A stretch of DNA of 61,635 bases, the filler included. It is 5 parts of 5 records of this genome, joined end to end, with 100 filler letters (N's around TTAATTAATTAA, not from the genome) between each part and the next. Parts side by side here need not be neighbours in the genome. Positions count along the whole stretch, not along the records: positions 37,604 to 56,359 come from DRR378314_1668; positions 56,460 to 61,635 come from DRR378314_1756; 3 more parts are not named here. One strand, 5' to 3'. This document shows, piece after piece, positions 50,807 to 61,635 of this stretch; positions within the stretch are counted from its first letter, which is position 1; each line of letters starts with the position of its first letter. The notes under the pieces are model-generated. The model did not search any database. It was not told the DNA's origin and saw only the letters and a list, made by a program, of their open reading frames with translations. The position numbers were made by a program, and so were the translations under genes.

Positions 50807-51475
50807 ATGTCCGATCCAGTCTTTCACCTTTCAGATGTGGTTCTTTCCCTGAAAGGCAATGCCGGACCCGTCGACATTCTGCGCGGCATTTCACTGGATG
50901 TGCAAGCTGGCGAAACCCTCGCCCTGACCGGACCCTCCGGTTCCGGCAAATCCTCCTTGCTGATGGTGATGGGCGGATTGGAACAGGCGACCGGTGGCAC
51001 CGTCACCGCCCTGGGCCAGAACCTCACCACCATGTCAGAGGACGATCTTGCCCGTTTCCGTCAGGGCCGCATGGGCATTGTGTTCCAGTCCTTTCACCTG
51101 ATTCCAACAATGACCGCTCTTGAAAACGTCGCTACACCTTTGGAACTTGCAGGCGTCACAGATGCCTTTGAGCGGGCGACAGAGGCGTTGAAAACCGTCG
51201 GTCTTGGCCACCGCCTTGATCACTACCCGGCGCAGATGTCAGGGGGTGAACAACAACGTGTGGCCCTCGCCCGAGCCTGCGCGCCGCGCCCTGCAATCCT
51301 ATTGGCGGATGAACCTACCGGCAATCTGGACAGCACAAACGGGGCCGCAATCATGGATCTGTTGTTTGATCTGCGCGACCAATACGGTGCCACGCTGGTG
51401 CTGGTCACCCATGACCCGACCCTTGCCCAACGCTGTGACCGCGCGGTTAATCTGGCTGACGGGAAAATCGCATGA
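50807..51475 (+). CDS. ABC ATP-binding protein (YbbA-like)
   Basis: GPSGSGKS, MSGGEQQR, LLADEPTGNLD; divergent from tesA-like gene. Confidence 0.92.
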   Translation: MSDPVFHLSDVVLSLKGNAGPVDILRGISLDVQAGETLALTGPSGSGKSSLLMVMGGLEQATGGTVTALGQNLTTMSEDDLARFRQGRMGIVFQSFHLIPTMTALENVATPLELAGVTDAFERATEALKTVGLGHRLDHYPAQMSGGEQQRVALARACAPRPAILLADEPTGNLDSTNGAAIMDLLFDLRDQYGATLVLVTHDPTLAQRCDRAVNLADGKIA

Positions 51476-53988
51476 GTCTGCGTCTTGCCGCCCGTTTCGC
51501 ACGGCGCGAGATGCGTGGCGGTCTGCGCGGCTTTCGCTTGTTCCTTGCCTGTCTCGCCCTCGGTGTTGCGGCCATCGCTGCGGTTGGCTCCGTGCGCTCC
51601 GCAATCGAGGCCGGGCTCGAACGTGAAGGGGCCGCAATACTGGGCGGCGCGGCTGAGCTGGACTTTACCTTCCGCTTTGCCACGCCGGAAGAGCGCGACT
51701 GGATGCAGGCCCGCGCCACCCGTGTGTCAGAAATCGCCGAATTCCGCTCCATGGCCGTGGTCGGTGATGAACGCGCCCTGACCCAGATCAAGGCGATTGA
51801 TGATGCTTACCCGCTGGTCGGCACCGTTGCCCTGTCGCCCGACATGCCGCTGACGCAGGCGCTTGCCATCACCGACGGCATCGCAGGTGCCGTGATGGAG
51901 CGTGCCCTCTCCGACCGGCTGGGCCTCTCACCCGGTGATACATTTCAACTGGGTACCAAGACCTATCGTTTCTCCGCGCTGCTAACCCGCGAACCAGATT
52001 CCGCCGCCAGCGGTTTTGCCCTTGGTCCGCGCACCCTGCTCTACCGTGACGCGCTTGAGGGGGCGGGGCTGCTCGCCTCCGGCACCCTGTTCAACAGCAA
52101 ATACCGCCTTGATCTGCCACCCGACACGGACCTCGAAGCCCTCGAAACCGATGCCAAGGAACAATTCACCAACAGCGGCATGCGCTGGACCGATGCCCGC
52201 AACGGTGCCCCCGGTGTGGCGCAATTTGTCCGGCGGCTCAGCGCGTTTCTGGTGCTGGTTGGTCTCTCCGGTCTGGCTGTCGGCGGGGTTGGTGTGTCAG
52301 CGGCGGTGCGCGCCTATCTGAACGGCAAAACCGGCACCATCGCCACCCTGCGGGCGCTCGGGGCGGATCGCACCACGATCTTTCAAACCTATTTCATTCA
52401 GATCGGCATCTTATCCCTGCTGGGTGTCGCCATCGGCCTGACGCTTGGTGCGGCTGTCCCTATGCTGCTCTCCCCGCTGATCGAGGCCCGCCTGCCCCTG
52501 CCAACCACATTCGCCCTTTACCCCCGCCCCTTGATCGAGGCGGGTCTTTACGGGCTACTGACCGCACTGGCTTTCACCCTTTGGCCACTTGCGCGCAGTG
52601 AAGACGTGCGTGCCGCCACCCTGTTTCGGGATGCATGGTCCGGCACCCCGCGCCTGCCCGCACCGCGCTACCTTGTTGTGATCACCCTGATCGCGGCAAC
52701 CCTGATAGCGTTGGCCGGTTGGTTTAACGGTTCGTGGTTCCTCACGCTCTGGACTCTTGGCGGCATCGCCGGTGCCTTGCTGATCCTGTCGCTGGCGGCC
52801 CTGCTGATCCGCTTTCTTGCCCGCCGGGGTGCCCGTCTGGCCCGGGGTCACCCTCGTCTGCGTTGGGCATTGGCAGCAATTTCCGGCACCGGCGAAGGGG
52901 CCGGTGCGGTGGTCCTCTCCCTTGGCCTTGGCCTGTCGGTCCTCGCCGCCGTGGGCCAGATCGACGGCAACCTGCGCAACGCCATCACCGGCAACCTGCC
53001 CGATGTCGCACCCTCCTATTTCTTTGTCGACATCCAGAAAGATCAGATGCCCGGCTATACCGAACGGCTGGAAAACGATCCCGCCGTGTCGCGCATCCAA
53101 AGCGTGCCAATGCTGCGCGGCGTGGTCACACAGATCAACGGCATTCCTGCGGCTGAGGTGGCGGGTGATCACTGGGTGGTGCGCGGCGATCGCGGCGTCA
53201 CCTATGCAGAAACCCCTGATACAGAAACAAAAATCACCGCCGGCGAATGGTGGCCCAAAGATTACACCGGCCCGCCACTGATCAGCTTCGCCGCTGAAGA
53301 GGCCGAGGAAATGGGCCTTGTCCTTGGTGACACATTGACCATTAACATCCTTGGTCGCGACATCACCGGCACCATCACCTCTTTCCGAGAGGTTGATTTC
53401 TCGACCGCAGGCATCGGGTTCATTCTGACGATGAACCCCGCCGCGCTGGCCGGTGCGCCCCATACCTTCATTTCAACCGTCTATGCCGAAGAGCAGGCCG
53501 AAACCGCCATCCTGCGCGACCTTGCCAGCGCCTATCCCAACATCACCGCCATCCGTGTGCGTGACGCCATTGACCGGGTTGCCTCCGTTCTGGCCGGTCT
53601 TGCCGCCGCCACATCCTACGGCGCGCTTGCCACCCTGCTGACCGGCTTCATCGTCCTGATTGGTGCCGCCGCCGCCGGTGCCGATGCCCGCACCTATGAG
53701 GCGGCGGTGTTGAAAACCCTCGGCGCATCGCGGGCCCGGATCGCGGCCAGCTTTATTCTGCGGGCCGCTCTCTTGGGGCTTTTCGCCGGCACGGTTGCCC
53801 TTTTCGCCGGGGCCTTGGGGGGCTGGGCGGTCAGCACCTATATCATGGAAACCGATTTCACCTTGATCTGGCCCTCCGCACTGGCAATCATCCTAGGTGG
53901 CGTACTGGCCTGTGTTCTGGCCGGACTTGGATTTGCGCTTAGATCCCTGAACGCCCGCCCCGCTCAGGTCTTGCGGGCCCGCGAATAG
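51472..53988 (+). CDS. FtsX/MacB-like ABC permease (YbbP-like)
   Basis: 838-aa duplicated FtsX-type permease; IATLRALGA, PSYFFVDIQ, AVLKTLGA. Confidence 0.9.
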   Translation: MSLRLAARFARREMRGGLRGFRLFLACLALGVAAIAAVGSVRSAIEAGLEREGAAILGGAAELDFTFRFATPEERDWMQARATRVSEIAEFRSMAVVGDERALTQIKAIDDAYPLVGTVALSPDMPLTQALAITDGIAGAVMERALSDRLGLSPGDTFQLGTKTYRFSALLTREPDSAASGFALGPRTLLYRDALEGAGLLASGTLFNSKYRLDLPPDTDLEALETDAKEQFTNSGMRWTDARNGAPGVAQFVRRLSAFLVLVGLSGLAVGGVGVSAAVRAYLNGKTGTIATLRALGADRTTIFQTYFIQIGILSLLGVAIGLTLGAAVPMLLSPLIEARLPLPTTFALYPRPLIEAGLYGLLTALAFTLWPLARSEDVRAATLFRDAWSGTPRLPAPRYLVVITLIAATLIALAGWFNGSWFLTLWTLGGIAGALLILSLAALLIRFLARRGARLARGHPRLRWALAAISGTGEGAGAVVLSLGLGLSVLAAVGQIDGNLRNAITGNLPDVAPSYFFVDIQKDQMPGYTERLENDPAVSRIQSVPMLRGVVTQINGIPAAEVAGDHWVVRGDRGVTYAETPDTETKITAGEWWPKDYTGPPLISFAAEEAEEMGLVLGDTLTINILGRDITGTITSFREVDFSTAGIGFILTMNPAALAGAPHTFISTVYAEEQAETAILRDLASAYPNITAIRVRDAIDRVASVLAGLAAATSYGALATLLTGFIVLIGAAAAGADARTYEAAVLKTLGASRARIAASFILRAALLGLFAGTVALFAGALGGWAVSTYIMETDFTLIWPSALAIILGGVLACVLAGLGFALRSLNARPAQVLRARE

Positions 53989-54015
53989 GCACACTGACCA
54001 GCGAAGGAACTGGAT

Positions 54016-54885
54016 ATGTCCGACACCCTACCCGCCCCCCTGCCCAAGGCCGTCAGCCTTGCCCAGCAGCATCATATCGTGAACATCATCCGCCGCGCGG
54101 CCAAGGCAGAGATCATGCCCCGTTTTCGCGCCCTTTCCGCCGGTGACATCCGCGCCAAATCCCACGCGCATGATCTTGTCACCGCCGCGGATACCGCCGC
54201 AGAGCAGATGATCACCCGCGCCTTGCAAATCGCCTTTCCCGAGGCACTGATTGTGGGGGAGGAAGCCGCCGCTGACACCCCCGAGCTATTGGGAGAAATC
54301 GCCAATGCACAGCTGGCCTTCATCATCGACCCCATCGATGGCACATGGAACTATGCCCATGGCATGGCTGTGTTTGGTGTGATCATCGCGGTGACCCGCT
54401 TTGGCCGCCCCGCCTTCGGCGTGATCTATGATCCGGTCAATGATGACTGGGTCATTGCCGATGACGAAAGCCCCGCAATGATGGACGCCGCCACCACATC
54501 CCCGCGGCCGCTAAAGGCCAGCATGGGCAAGCCGCTGGACGCGCTGATCGGCTATGTACCGCTGCATATCTTCCCCAAAGAACACCAAGCAAAACTCGCT
54601 GTCGCCCTGACCGGTTTCGCCCGCACCCATCCCTTGGGCTGCTCGGCCCATGAATACCGGATGATCGCACAGGGCCATGCCGATTTCCTGCTCACGGCCT
54701 CCCTGCATCCCTGGGATCACGCCGCCGGGGCGCTGATCTGTGAACGTGCTGGCGCATATGTGGAAATGCTGGATGGCGGCCCCTATAACGCTGACCGCCA
54801 CAGTGGGCACCTTATGGTGGCCCCTGACCGCACCACATGGAACCGCCTGAAAAAGGTCTTTGCCTTCCTGCTGGAGCAGCCGTAG
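54016..54885 (+). CDS. Inositol monophosphatase family protein
   Basis: DLVTAAD, GEE, IIDPIDGT.N, WDHAAG. Confidence 0.92.
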   Translation: MSDTLPAPLPKAVSLAQQHHIVNIIRRAAKAEIMPRFRALSAGDIRAKSHAHDLVTAADTAAEQMITRALQIAFPEALIVGEEAAADTPELLGEIANAQLAFIIDPIDGTWNYAHGMAVFGVIIAVTRFGRPAFGVIYDPVNDDWVIADDESPAMMDAATTSPRPLKASMGKPLDALIGYVPLHIFPKEHQAKLAVALTGFARTHPLGCSAHEYRMIAQGHADFLLTASLHPWDHAAGALICERAGAYVEMLDGGPYNADRHSGHLMVAPDRTTWNRLKKVFAFLLEQP

Positions 54886-54903
54886 GGCGGGGGTCACCCC
54901 GCC
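54882..54903 (+). repeat. GTAG-type REP-like element
   Basis: GTAG followed by GGCGGGG-GTCA-CCCCGCC hairpin, overlapping the IMPase stop codon. Confidence 0.55.
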
Positions 54904-54927
54904 GCCACGCCTTTTTCTACCCGCGGC

Positions 54928-56359
54928 TTACTCTGCCGCCTCCGCATAATCGCTCAGCGGTGGGCAGGTGCAGATCAGGTTACGATCCCCATGCACATTG
55001 TCCACACGGTTCACCGGCGGCCAGTATTTATCAACCCGGAACGCCCCCGGAGGGAAACAGCCCTGCTCGCGGGAGTAGGGCCGCTCGCCCCATTCCAGCA
55101 CCAGATCCTCAACCGTATGCGGCGCGTTCTTCAGCGGATTGTTCACCGCATCCATCTCGCCTTTTTCGATCGCATCAATCTCGGCGCGGATCGCCAGCAT
55201 CGCATCGCAGAACCGGTCCAGCTCGGCTTTGGTCTCACTCTCCGTTGGTTCAACCATCAGCGTACCAGCCACCGGCCATGACATCGTCGGCGCGTGGAAA
55301 CCACAATCAATCAGACGTTTGGCGATGTCATCCACCGTCACACCGGCGCTATCATCGAACGGGCGCACGTCCAGAATGCACTCATGCGCCACCCGCCCTG
55401 TTGGCCCGCGATACAACACGTCAAACGCGCCTTCCAACCGCTTGGCGATGTAGTTGGCATTCAGGATCGCCACCCGTGTCGCCTGTGTCAGACCCTCACC
55501 ACCCATCATCAGGCAATAAGACCATGAAATCGGCAACAACGAGGGTGATCCAAAGGGTGCCGCCGATACCGCATTGCCACCCGCGTTCGGATCGCCGGGC
55601 AAATGCGGCACCAGATGTGCCTTCACACCAATCGGCCCCATGCCGGGCCCACCGCCGCCATGCGGAATGCAGAAGGTCTTGTGCAGGTTCAGGTGACTGA
55701 CATCACCGCCCAAATCACCCGGCCGCGACAACCCGACCATGGCATTCATATTGGCCCCGTCGATATAGACCTGCCCGCCGTGGTCGTGGGTGATCTTGGT
55801 CACCTCGGTCACGGTTTCCTCGAACACCCCATGGGTCGACGGATAGGTGATCATACAAGCAGCAAGGTTCTCGCCCGCCGCTTCTGCCTTGGCGCGGAAA
55901 TCATCCAGATCAATATCGCCATTGGCAGCGGATTTGATCACCACAACCTTCCAGCCCACCATCTGCGCGCTTGCTGGGTTGGTGCCATGCGCCGACATCG
56001 GGATCAGACAGATGTTGCGCTGATCCTCCCCATTTGCACGGTGGTATCCGGCAATCGACAGCAATCCCGCATATTCCCCCTGCGCACCTGAATTCGGCTG
56101 CATGGAAATCGCGTCATAACCTGTGATGTCACACAGCTTGGCGGACAGATCGTCGATCATTTCCTTATACCCTGCCGCCTGATCCGCCGGCACAAAGGGG
56201 TGCATCTGGGAAAACTCGCGCCAGCTGACCGGCATCATTTCAGCTGCCGAATTCAGCTTCATCGTGCAAGACCCCAGCGGGATCATCGCCCGATCCAGCG
56301 CCAGATCACGATCCGCAAGACGGCGCATATAGCGCATCATCTCGGTCTCGGCCCGGTTC
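54928..56359 (-). CDS. gcvP: Glycine dehydrogenase (decarboxylating), 5'-truncated
   Basis: [51 protein letters not shown]. Confidence 0.97.
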
Positions 56360-56459
56360 NNNNNNNNNNNNNNNNNNNNNNNNNNNNNNNNNNNNNNNNN
56401 NNNTTAATTAATTAANNNNNNNNNNNNNNNNNNNNNNNNNNNNNNNNNNNNNNNNNNNN
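56360..56459. other. Artificial contig-joining spacer
   Basis: 44 N + TTAATTAATTAA + 44 N. Confidence 0.99.
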
Positions 56460-57040
56460 TCCGCGATGCCATTGAATACCTCGTTCTTTCCGCGGCGTGC
56501 TTGTGGGGGCAGCCACGCGATTCCTATCGCAAACACAGCCGCTAGCAGGAGAAGCTTCGAAAAATTAACTGCCAGCTCAGATGGGGCGTGGTCGTTATTC
56601 ACTACACCGAGGAACGTGAAGATCACCCCAATATCGAAACCAATCGAGGAAAATAGCACCGCAGGCTCAATGAATCCCAGCGAAGCAACGACAAAGGCCC
56701 CGAGAGCGAGAATGTACGAAAGCGCAAGCCAGCCGCTGCTCTGGCTGCCGGAGCTGTACACTGCACCGCACAAAGCGCCAACCACACTACCGAGAACGCC
56801 GCCAACAGTCAGCAGCACAGAGCCGCGCACCACGCCACCCAGCGACTTCGAGATCAAGACGACTTCGATGACTATAATGACAGGAAGAATGCATGCACGA
56901 TCGACGAGGTGGTCGAAAGTGCCATCCCACGCGGCGCTTGCGACAGCAGTTACCACAGCTGCAACTTTTGCGGCATAAAGCGCGCCAGGGCTTCGCAGCT
57001 TATGCGCACCGCGACGCACAAGCGTCGGCAAGCGTGCCAT
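56460..57040 (-). CDS. Polytopic membrane protein, FUSC/ALMT-like N-terminal TM domain, 3'-truncated
   Basis: ATG 57040; about 6 TM helices; AAKVAA...SLGGVVRGSVLLTVGGVLGSVVG pattern. Confidence 0.55.
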
Positions 57041-57699
57041 AGCTGCCGCGAACCGCGAGGGTGCTTGTGCAATGATCTCGCCGCTGTCTGCGTGGTGCTC
57101 CCTTCAGAAATTGACCATCGCAACTGGAACGTTGCCTGCGCTTGGCAAGATCGTGTGCCTTTCGCCCGGGGAGCGAGCTGCTCCGATGGAAAGCGCGCTT
57201 GCAGGGCGTACCAGCAAAAAACTGCCAGTCAGAACACTTCGGCAGCAGCGACTTGGACAGTACCGCGTCTCGCGAGCGAGCCGCCCAGACGATGAGTAGC
57301 CCCACCGGACGACAACTACCACCACTATGTTCTGTGGTTACTGGATTTTGCTCCCTCTTAATGGCCCTTTCTGTTCCCTACCGCCGTGGTTCGAGAGGGG
57401 AGAGGCGAGGGAGATCGTAGGCGGCAGCGCCGGTTTCTTGCGTGGCGGCACAAGCGCCGTGGGAGCTGAAGTGCACTGGGAGCGCCGGCACAATCGCGTA
57501 CCGGCGTTTCCGCTTGTCTGTTGAACCTACTTCCGTAACCATCACAGGTCGCCGCAAGTGAGAGATCGGGGAACTGGGGTGCGGCATAGAGCAGATTTAT
57601 GGAGACGAGGAACGTCCTGCTGGCGGCAGCAGACGGCAGCAATCGAGAGACATGTGTTACGATGAGGCCCAGCGAAAATGGGCGCTGCACAGACTTGGC

Positions 57700-60600
57700 C
57701 ATTTACAGCTTTAGGAGGGAGCGAATCCGCTGCACCACCAGCGCAACAGATTGCGAAATGCGGCGCCGATCGGGAATCATCTCGTGCCTGCATAGTCGGA
57801 TGCAAGCGAAGACGACACGCGCATGAGCCAAAACAGAAAGATCCCCCGAGAAGACTGCATCGCGGAGAAACGAATATATGGTCCGCGGTTGAATAAACCA
57901 ATAAGAGTGGGAATGAGAAGCGTGCGGGTGCTGCCTAGGAGGGCAGTGGAAACTCGTTGGCAAGGTGCACGCTTTCCCCAGGCGGGGGGAGGAATCCGAG
58001 GCAAATACAAAAGCAACGTACTTCTGGAAAAAGTATGCATTCAACAAGATTGAAGTAACCATAAGCCCTGCCGCTCCGGAGAACACGAGCGTTAGTTCAC
58101 CAAGACCGAGGAACGACTGCGATGTGAAAATTCGAAAAAAAGAGGTATCCCAATGCACCCGATCGTTAGTGCTCCGGAGCCGCCACAGCTGCGCGCCAGC
58201 ATCTGTGGCACGACGCGCAGTCTTGCGCGTGCAATACTCCCTCACGAATAATCCCCACCCATTTGCAGCGAGAGAAATTGAGTCGCCGTCAAGCATGCTG
58301 CAGGGAGACCGTTACCAATGCCATGCGGTGCATTCCCTCTACTGCTGGAAAATTCTTCTTTTCGTGCAGGGCAAAGCGTATACGGACACGCCAGCGTATG
58401 GCATACGACGCGAAATCTTCCTGCGGCAGCAAGGAGCACATTGCCACACGTACCGCCGCGCCGATCCATGACAAGACACATGTGCCGTACGTCATATCCG
58501 CAAAGAGCACAGCACTTGCAAGCAGGCCACAGACGACAACATGTGATAGATACTTTCCCGCGCGGTTGAACGCTCCGAAATTGAAAACGACGATCACCGC
58601 AAGTCCAAGGAGCGCCGCTAGCCTGAAGAGCAAGAAACCCGCGGCGTCAGCGAGATGCAAGAGTCGCGTAAGGAAGGGAAAGCACGCGAACCCTGGAGGC
58701 AACATCATAAGAATCACAGACAATGCTCTTTCCTCTGTCCCAAACGGATCGTATTTCCGTATCAAATCGAAGAAGGAGACGTAGAGGGTTACTCTTTCAA
58801 CCGCTCGAATAAATACCGAAGCCGTGTGCGAGCGCACACGCATCGTACACCCATTGGCATGAGGGCGGGGAGAAGCGGGGGTCTCGGCAGGGGAATCGGT
58901 CATTGCGAACGAACGAAGCTGGATCGCAGGGGCACGTACTTTTCGATTTCCGGTACTGAGGCGGTCGGCAATGCGCAGTAACGCAAAATATGTGTCCACA
59001 GAACCAGCATACGAGAAAGGATGTACAAAAGTCCAGACACCCCGCCCATCGCAGCTTCGTCGCCTGGAATCGACTTGTACGGACGGTGCTGTGCGAGAGC
59101 AACACCTGCCATGGTTTCGACGATGATGGAGAACAGCCGGAAAAACTGCGAGAACAGGAGTCACCGGCAGCATGCGCGCACAAATAACATGTAAAAACGT
59201 CACTTTTTTCGCATTCACACCCGCGTCGCTCACGATGTCAACGCCCAGCGCGAAGATGCCCATACTGCATGATGACCCTTCGCCCCACGAAGCTTCATGC
59301 ACAGCAACGTGCGGCTTCTGCGAGCCGGGTCTGTACCAAAGGAGCAGACGCGGTGCTCCTCGGATAAGACCACGCAGTCCAGCGGACGTTACGCTCGCCG
59401 CTCTATAGTGGGGCATATCAGTGAAACCGACCTTGGGGTGCAAGACGCCATCTCCAAGGAGCATCGACGTCAGGAATGCGGAAACCACGATATAACGTGT
59501 GGCGCTCTTCAACGGGAAACTGCCAGCATTGATGCGCTGGGCACGAGAAAACTGCAAAACATCACCGAACATAAAAAATTTTAAATTACAAATCAGCACC
59601 CTTTTCGGCATTGTAGCCAAAGAAACGCCATAGCTCGTCCGAAACCATCGACCCAGAGGGAGGAATTATCTGTAAGTACTCCCTGCTCTGCGTCACGTCG
59701 CGATGGTATATACCGACCACTGCACGGAACACACAACTCCTTGGTCGGCTCCGATGGTTCGCAGGAAGCAGCTCAAAACGCGGCAATGCTCAGGCTCTAT
59801 GCCCGAGCTGTCCTTCCTCAATAACACCTCATGACAGTCACAATAGTTTGGACGCGGTGCACAGCAGCTTCACGTGTCTCCACAGCAGCTATACAAGGGA
59901 TATCACCGAGATGTACTGCGAGTGGCAGCTCACCTCTCGCAGGACGTTGAGGCTGTCGGGACGCGTCTGCCACCAGACTGAACACGAGCCAGCGAGAACA
60001 ACGAGCTTGGACAGCGCCAGGTAGAATGCACGAGCATCCTGATACAACACTTTAGCAACGTCCAGTGTAAGCGAGGGCACTTGGGTTTGACGCAAGAAAT
60101 TCCGCAGCGCGCCGTTGATCTGGTCTACGCGGAGGTTCGCAAGCGACTCCGCATAGCGGGAGAAGAACGCCACCTGCGCGAGCAGCACGAAAGCGCTCTC
60201 CAGTCACGCCAAAGAGCCACGGAATCGCCGCGGCGCTGGAAAGCCCGCATGCGTTGGTGCACATGGTGCACTTGAGGGAGGGGTGCATTGAGGTACAATA
60301 GAGCACTTTCTGCAACAAATATGCCTTTGCTGTGGCAGTCCTTTTTTCCAACTACTGGCTGCGGAGAAACGAAAGAAAGGAAAGAAAAGAAAAGAAAAGA
60401 AAAGAAACTGCAGTAGCGCGCACGCAGAGGGCACTACAAGTGCTTCTGCAGCTCGCCACAAGAGGTGATTTCGACCCGCGCATGAGACGAAGTGTCGCAC
60501 GTTGCACGCAAGCGCATGAACGACATGCCACAACAACGTCGTTCGAGTTGGTTTTCGAAGGGAAAAGAATGGGCGAAACGTACGAAGAGCAAAAACTGTA

Positions 60601-61500
60601 CATGCGACGCCAGTCCTGCAGTCAGGTACGACCGCCGCAGACTCACGAGCGCGACCAGTATAGACGCCATAAGAAGAATATCCGCGGCGAAGAGGTATTC
60701 CAGAATGGATATCTGCATCAAAAGCCGGAGTAACCAGCATCATTGATACATGATGAATACGCAAATCATCACACCTGATGAGCAGAGAGAAAAAAGGGCG
60801 CGTTTCGCGAGCGCCGAGCACGTAGCACTGGAGCTTTTCATTACAGGAGCAAGCTCACGCCAGAGCTCTTTGGAGCGCGCGAGCGTTCCCAACGCAAAGA
60901 CCGTGAGGAAACAACGGCCGCACACTTCAATGATAGAGATCAGGGCGGCTGCCGGCTGGAATTTTCTACTTTCCAAGCAATAGTGAACAATATGGGGCGC
61001 TTTGCGCATACGATAGGACCAAGAACTGTTTGAGACCAAGCGCACGCGGTGAGCCAGGCTTCCAACAGCAGCGTCAAGGCGGCTTCGCGCGCCGGAACGT
61101 GCTGCGCCTTCGCCGCACCGTTGCTCCCCGCACACGCGCGAACCTGCATCCGATCCGTCACGGTGCTCTCTCAGTTCTCACTTGAATCCACATGCCCAAA
61201 GATCTTACGATTGCCATCATGTCAATAAAGATTATGACCACGTTGTATGACACGAGAAGCCGCGAAGAAACGCAAGCAGCAACAGACGCAGTGGAGGAGC
61301 GCACGAGCGACAGTCGCGTGACGAACACCCATCTCGCTCTTGGCGCGCACGCAACGCAGGTGCTCTGTACAACACCCGCGGAGCCCGAGCGCAAGCAGCG
61401 CGAAAAACAATGGAGCACCGACATACCTTGGGCGTCATATCCACCCCTTCTGAACCAGCCGGAAACACGGCCATGCGAACATACGAGTGAAACGCAGTAA
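57700..61500 (-). CDS. Multi-exon eukaryotic membrane-protein gene, probable FUSC/ALMT-like paralog; boundaries approximate
   Basis: Hydrophobic exon-like segments in different frames; exon 60173-59934 bounded by GCAG| and |GTGAGC; donor CAA|GTGAGA at 61181; VIIFIDMMAIVRSLG resembles VIIVIEVVLISKSLG of the downstream gene. Confidence 0.45.
60371..60407. repeat. (AAAAG)n-type microsatellite
   Basis: gaaagaaaggaaagaaaagaaaagaaaagaaaagaaa; pyrimidine tract on the minus strand, probably intronic. Confidence 0.8.
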
Positions 61501-61635
61501 GCGCGGGCTGCACGTATTCCATTGCGGCTACCATCGCGGTGGCGCGTTGAAGACAGCGGCAGTGCGGCGAAACACCGTTCTTTCCCGCCAAGGACTGGGG
61601 CACGTCTGAGAACAGCGCATCGAGCGCAACACAGC

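Noticed and set aside
50102-53988. tesA-ybbA-ybbP-like trio as a novel system
   Set aside because: Same divergent arrangement as E. coli tesA/ybbAP; already known and widespread
57703-58296. Claudin-like GWGLF...C motif
   Set aside because: Second conserved Cys and four-TM topology not evident; exon structure unresolved
58289-59620. 443-aa ORF as a single gene
   Set aside because: TTG start in eukaryotic DNA; only part looks protein-like, so probably exons plus read-through introns

Overview
This window is not one locus. It is five contigs joined by 100-bp artificial spacers (44 N + TTAATTAATTAA + 44 N) at 24079-24178, 29469-29568, 37504-37603 and 56360-56459. (1) 1-24078: gammaproteobacterial, Halomonas-like accessory region packed with regulator/effector pairs (6 LysR including TrpI, 2 AraC, 1 ArsR) plus trpI-trpBA. 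(2) 24179-29468: Halomonas-like core region (5' fragment of tRNA-Glu with its promoter, msrB, ylqF, alaA, htpX, partial pdxB). (3) 29569-37503: intron-containing microbial-eukaryote DNA encoding a >1,700-aa cell-surface protein with disintegrin-like repeats, a cupredoxin-like insert, EGF domains, an FG-GAP-like beta-propeller, about 14 CxxC-x-x-G repeats and a TM helix. (4) 37604-56359: Roseobacter-group alphaproteobacterium (KTSC gene, cspA, L,D-transpeptidase, complete reductive pyrimidine catabolism cluster with RutR-like regulator and boxes, an antisense-embedded cupin, tesA/ybbAP-like genes, IMPase, partial gcvP). (5) 56460-61635: eukaryotic DNA with very short introns and probably two tandem FUSC/ALMT-like membrane-protein genes. 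I found no CRISPR array, integrase, transposase or rRNA. Best novelty candidates are the eukaryotic disintegrin/propeller receptor, the ArsR-NIPSNAP-ABM module with its operator, and the antisense cupin inside the pyrimidine operon. All family and taxon calls come from motif recognition by eye, not database searches.
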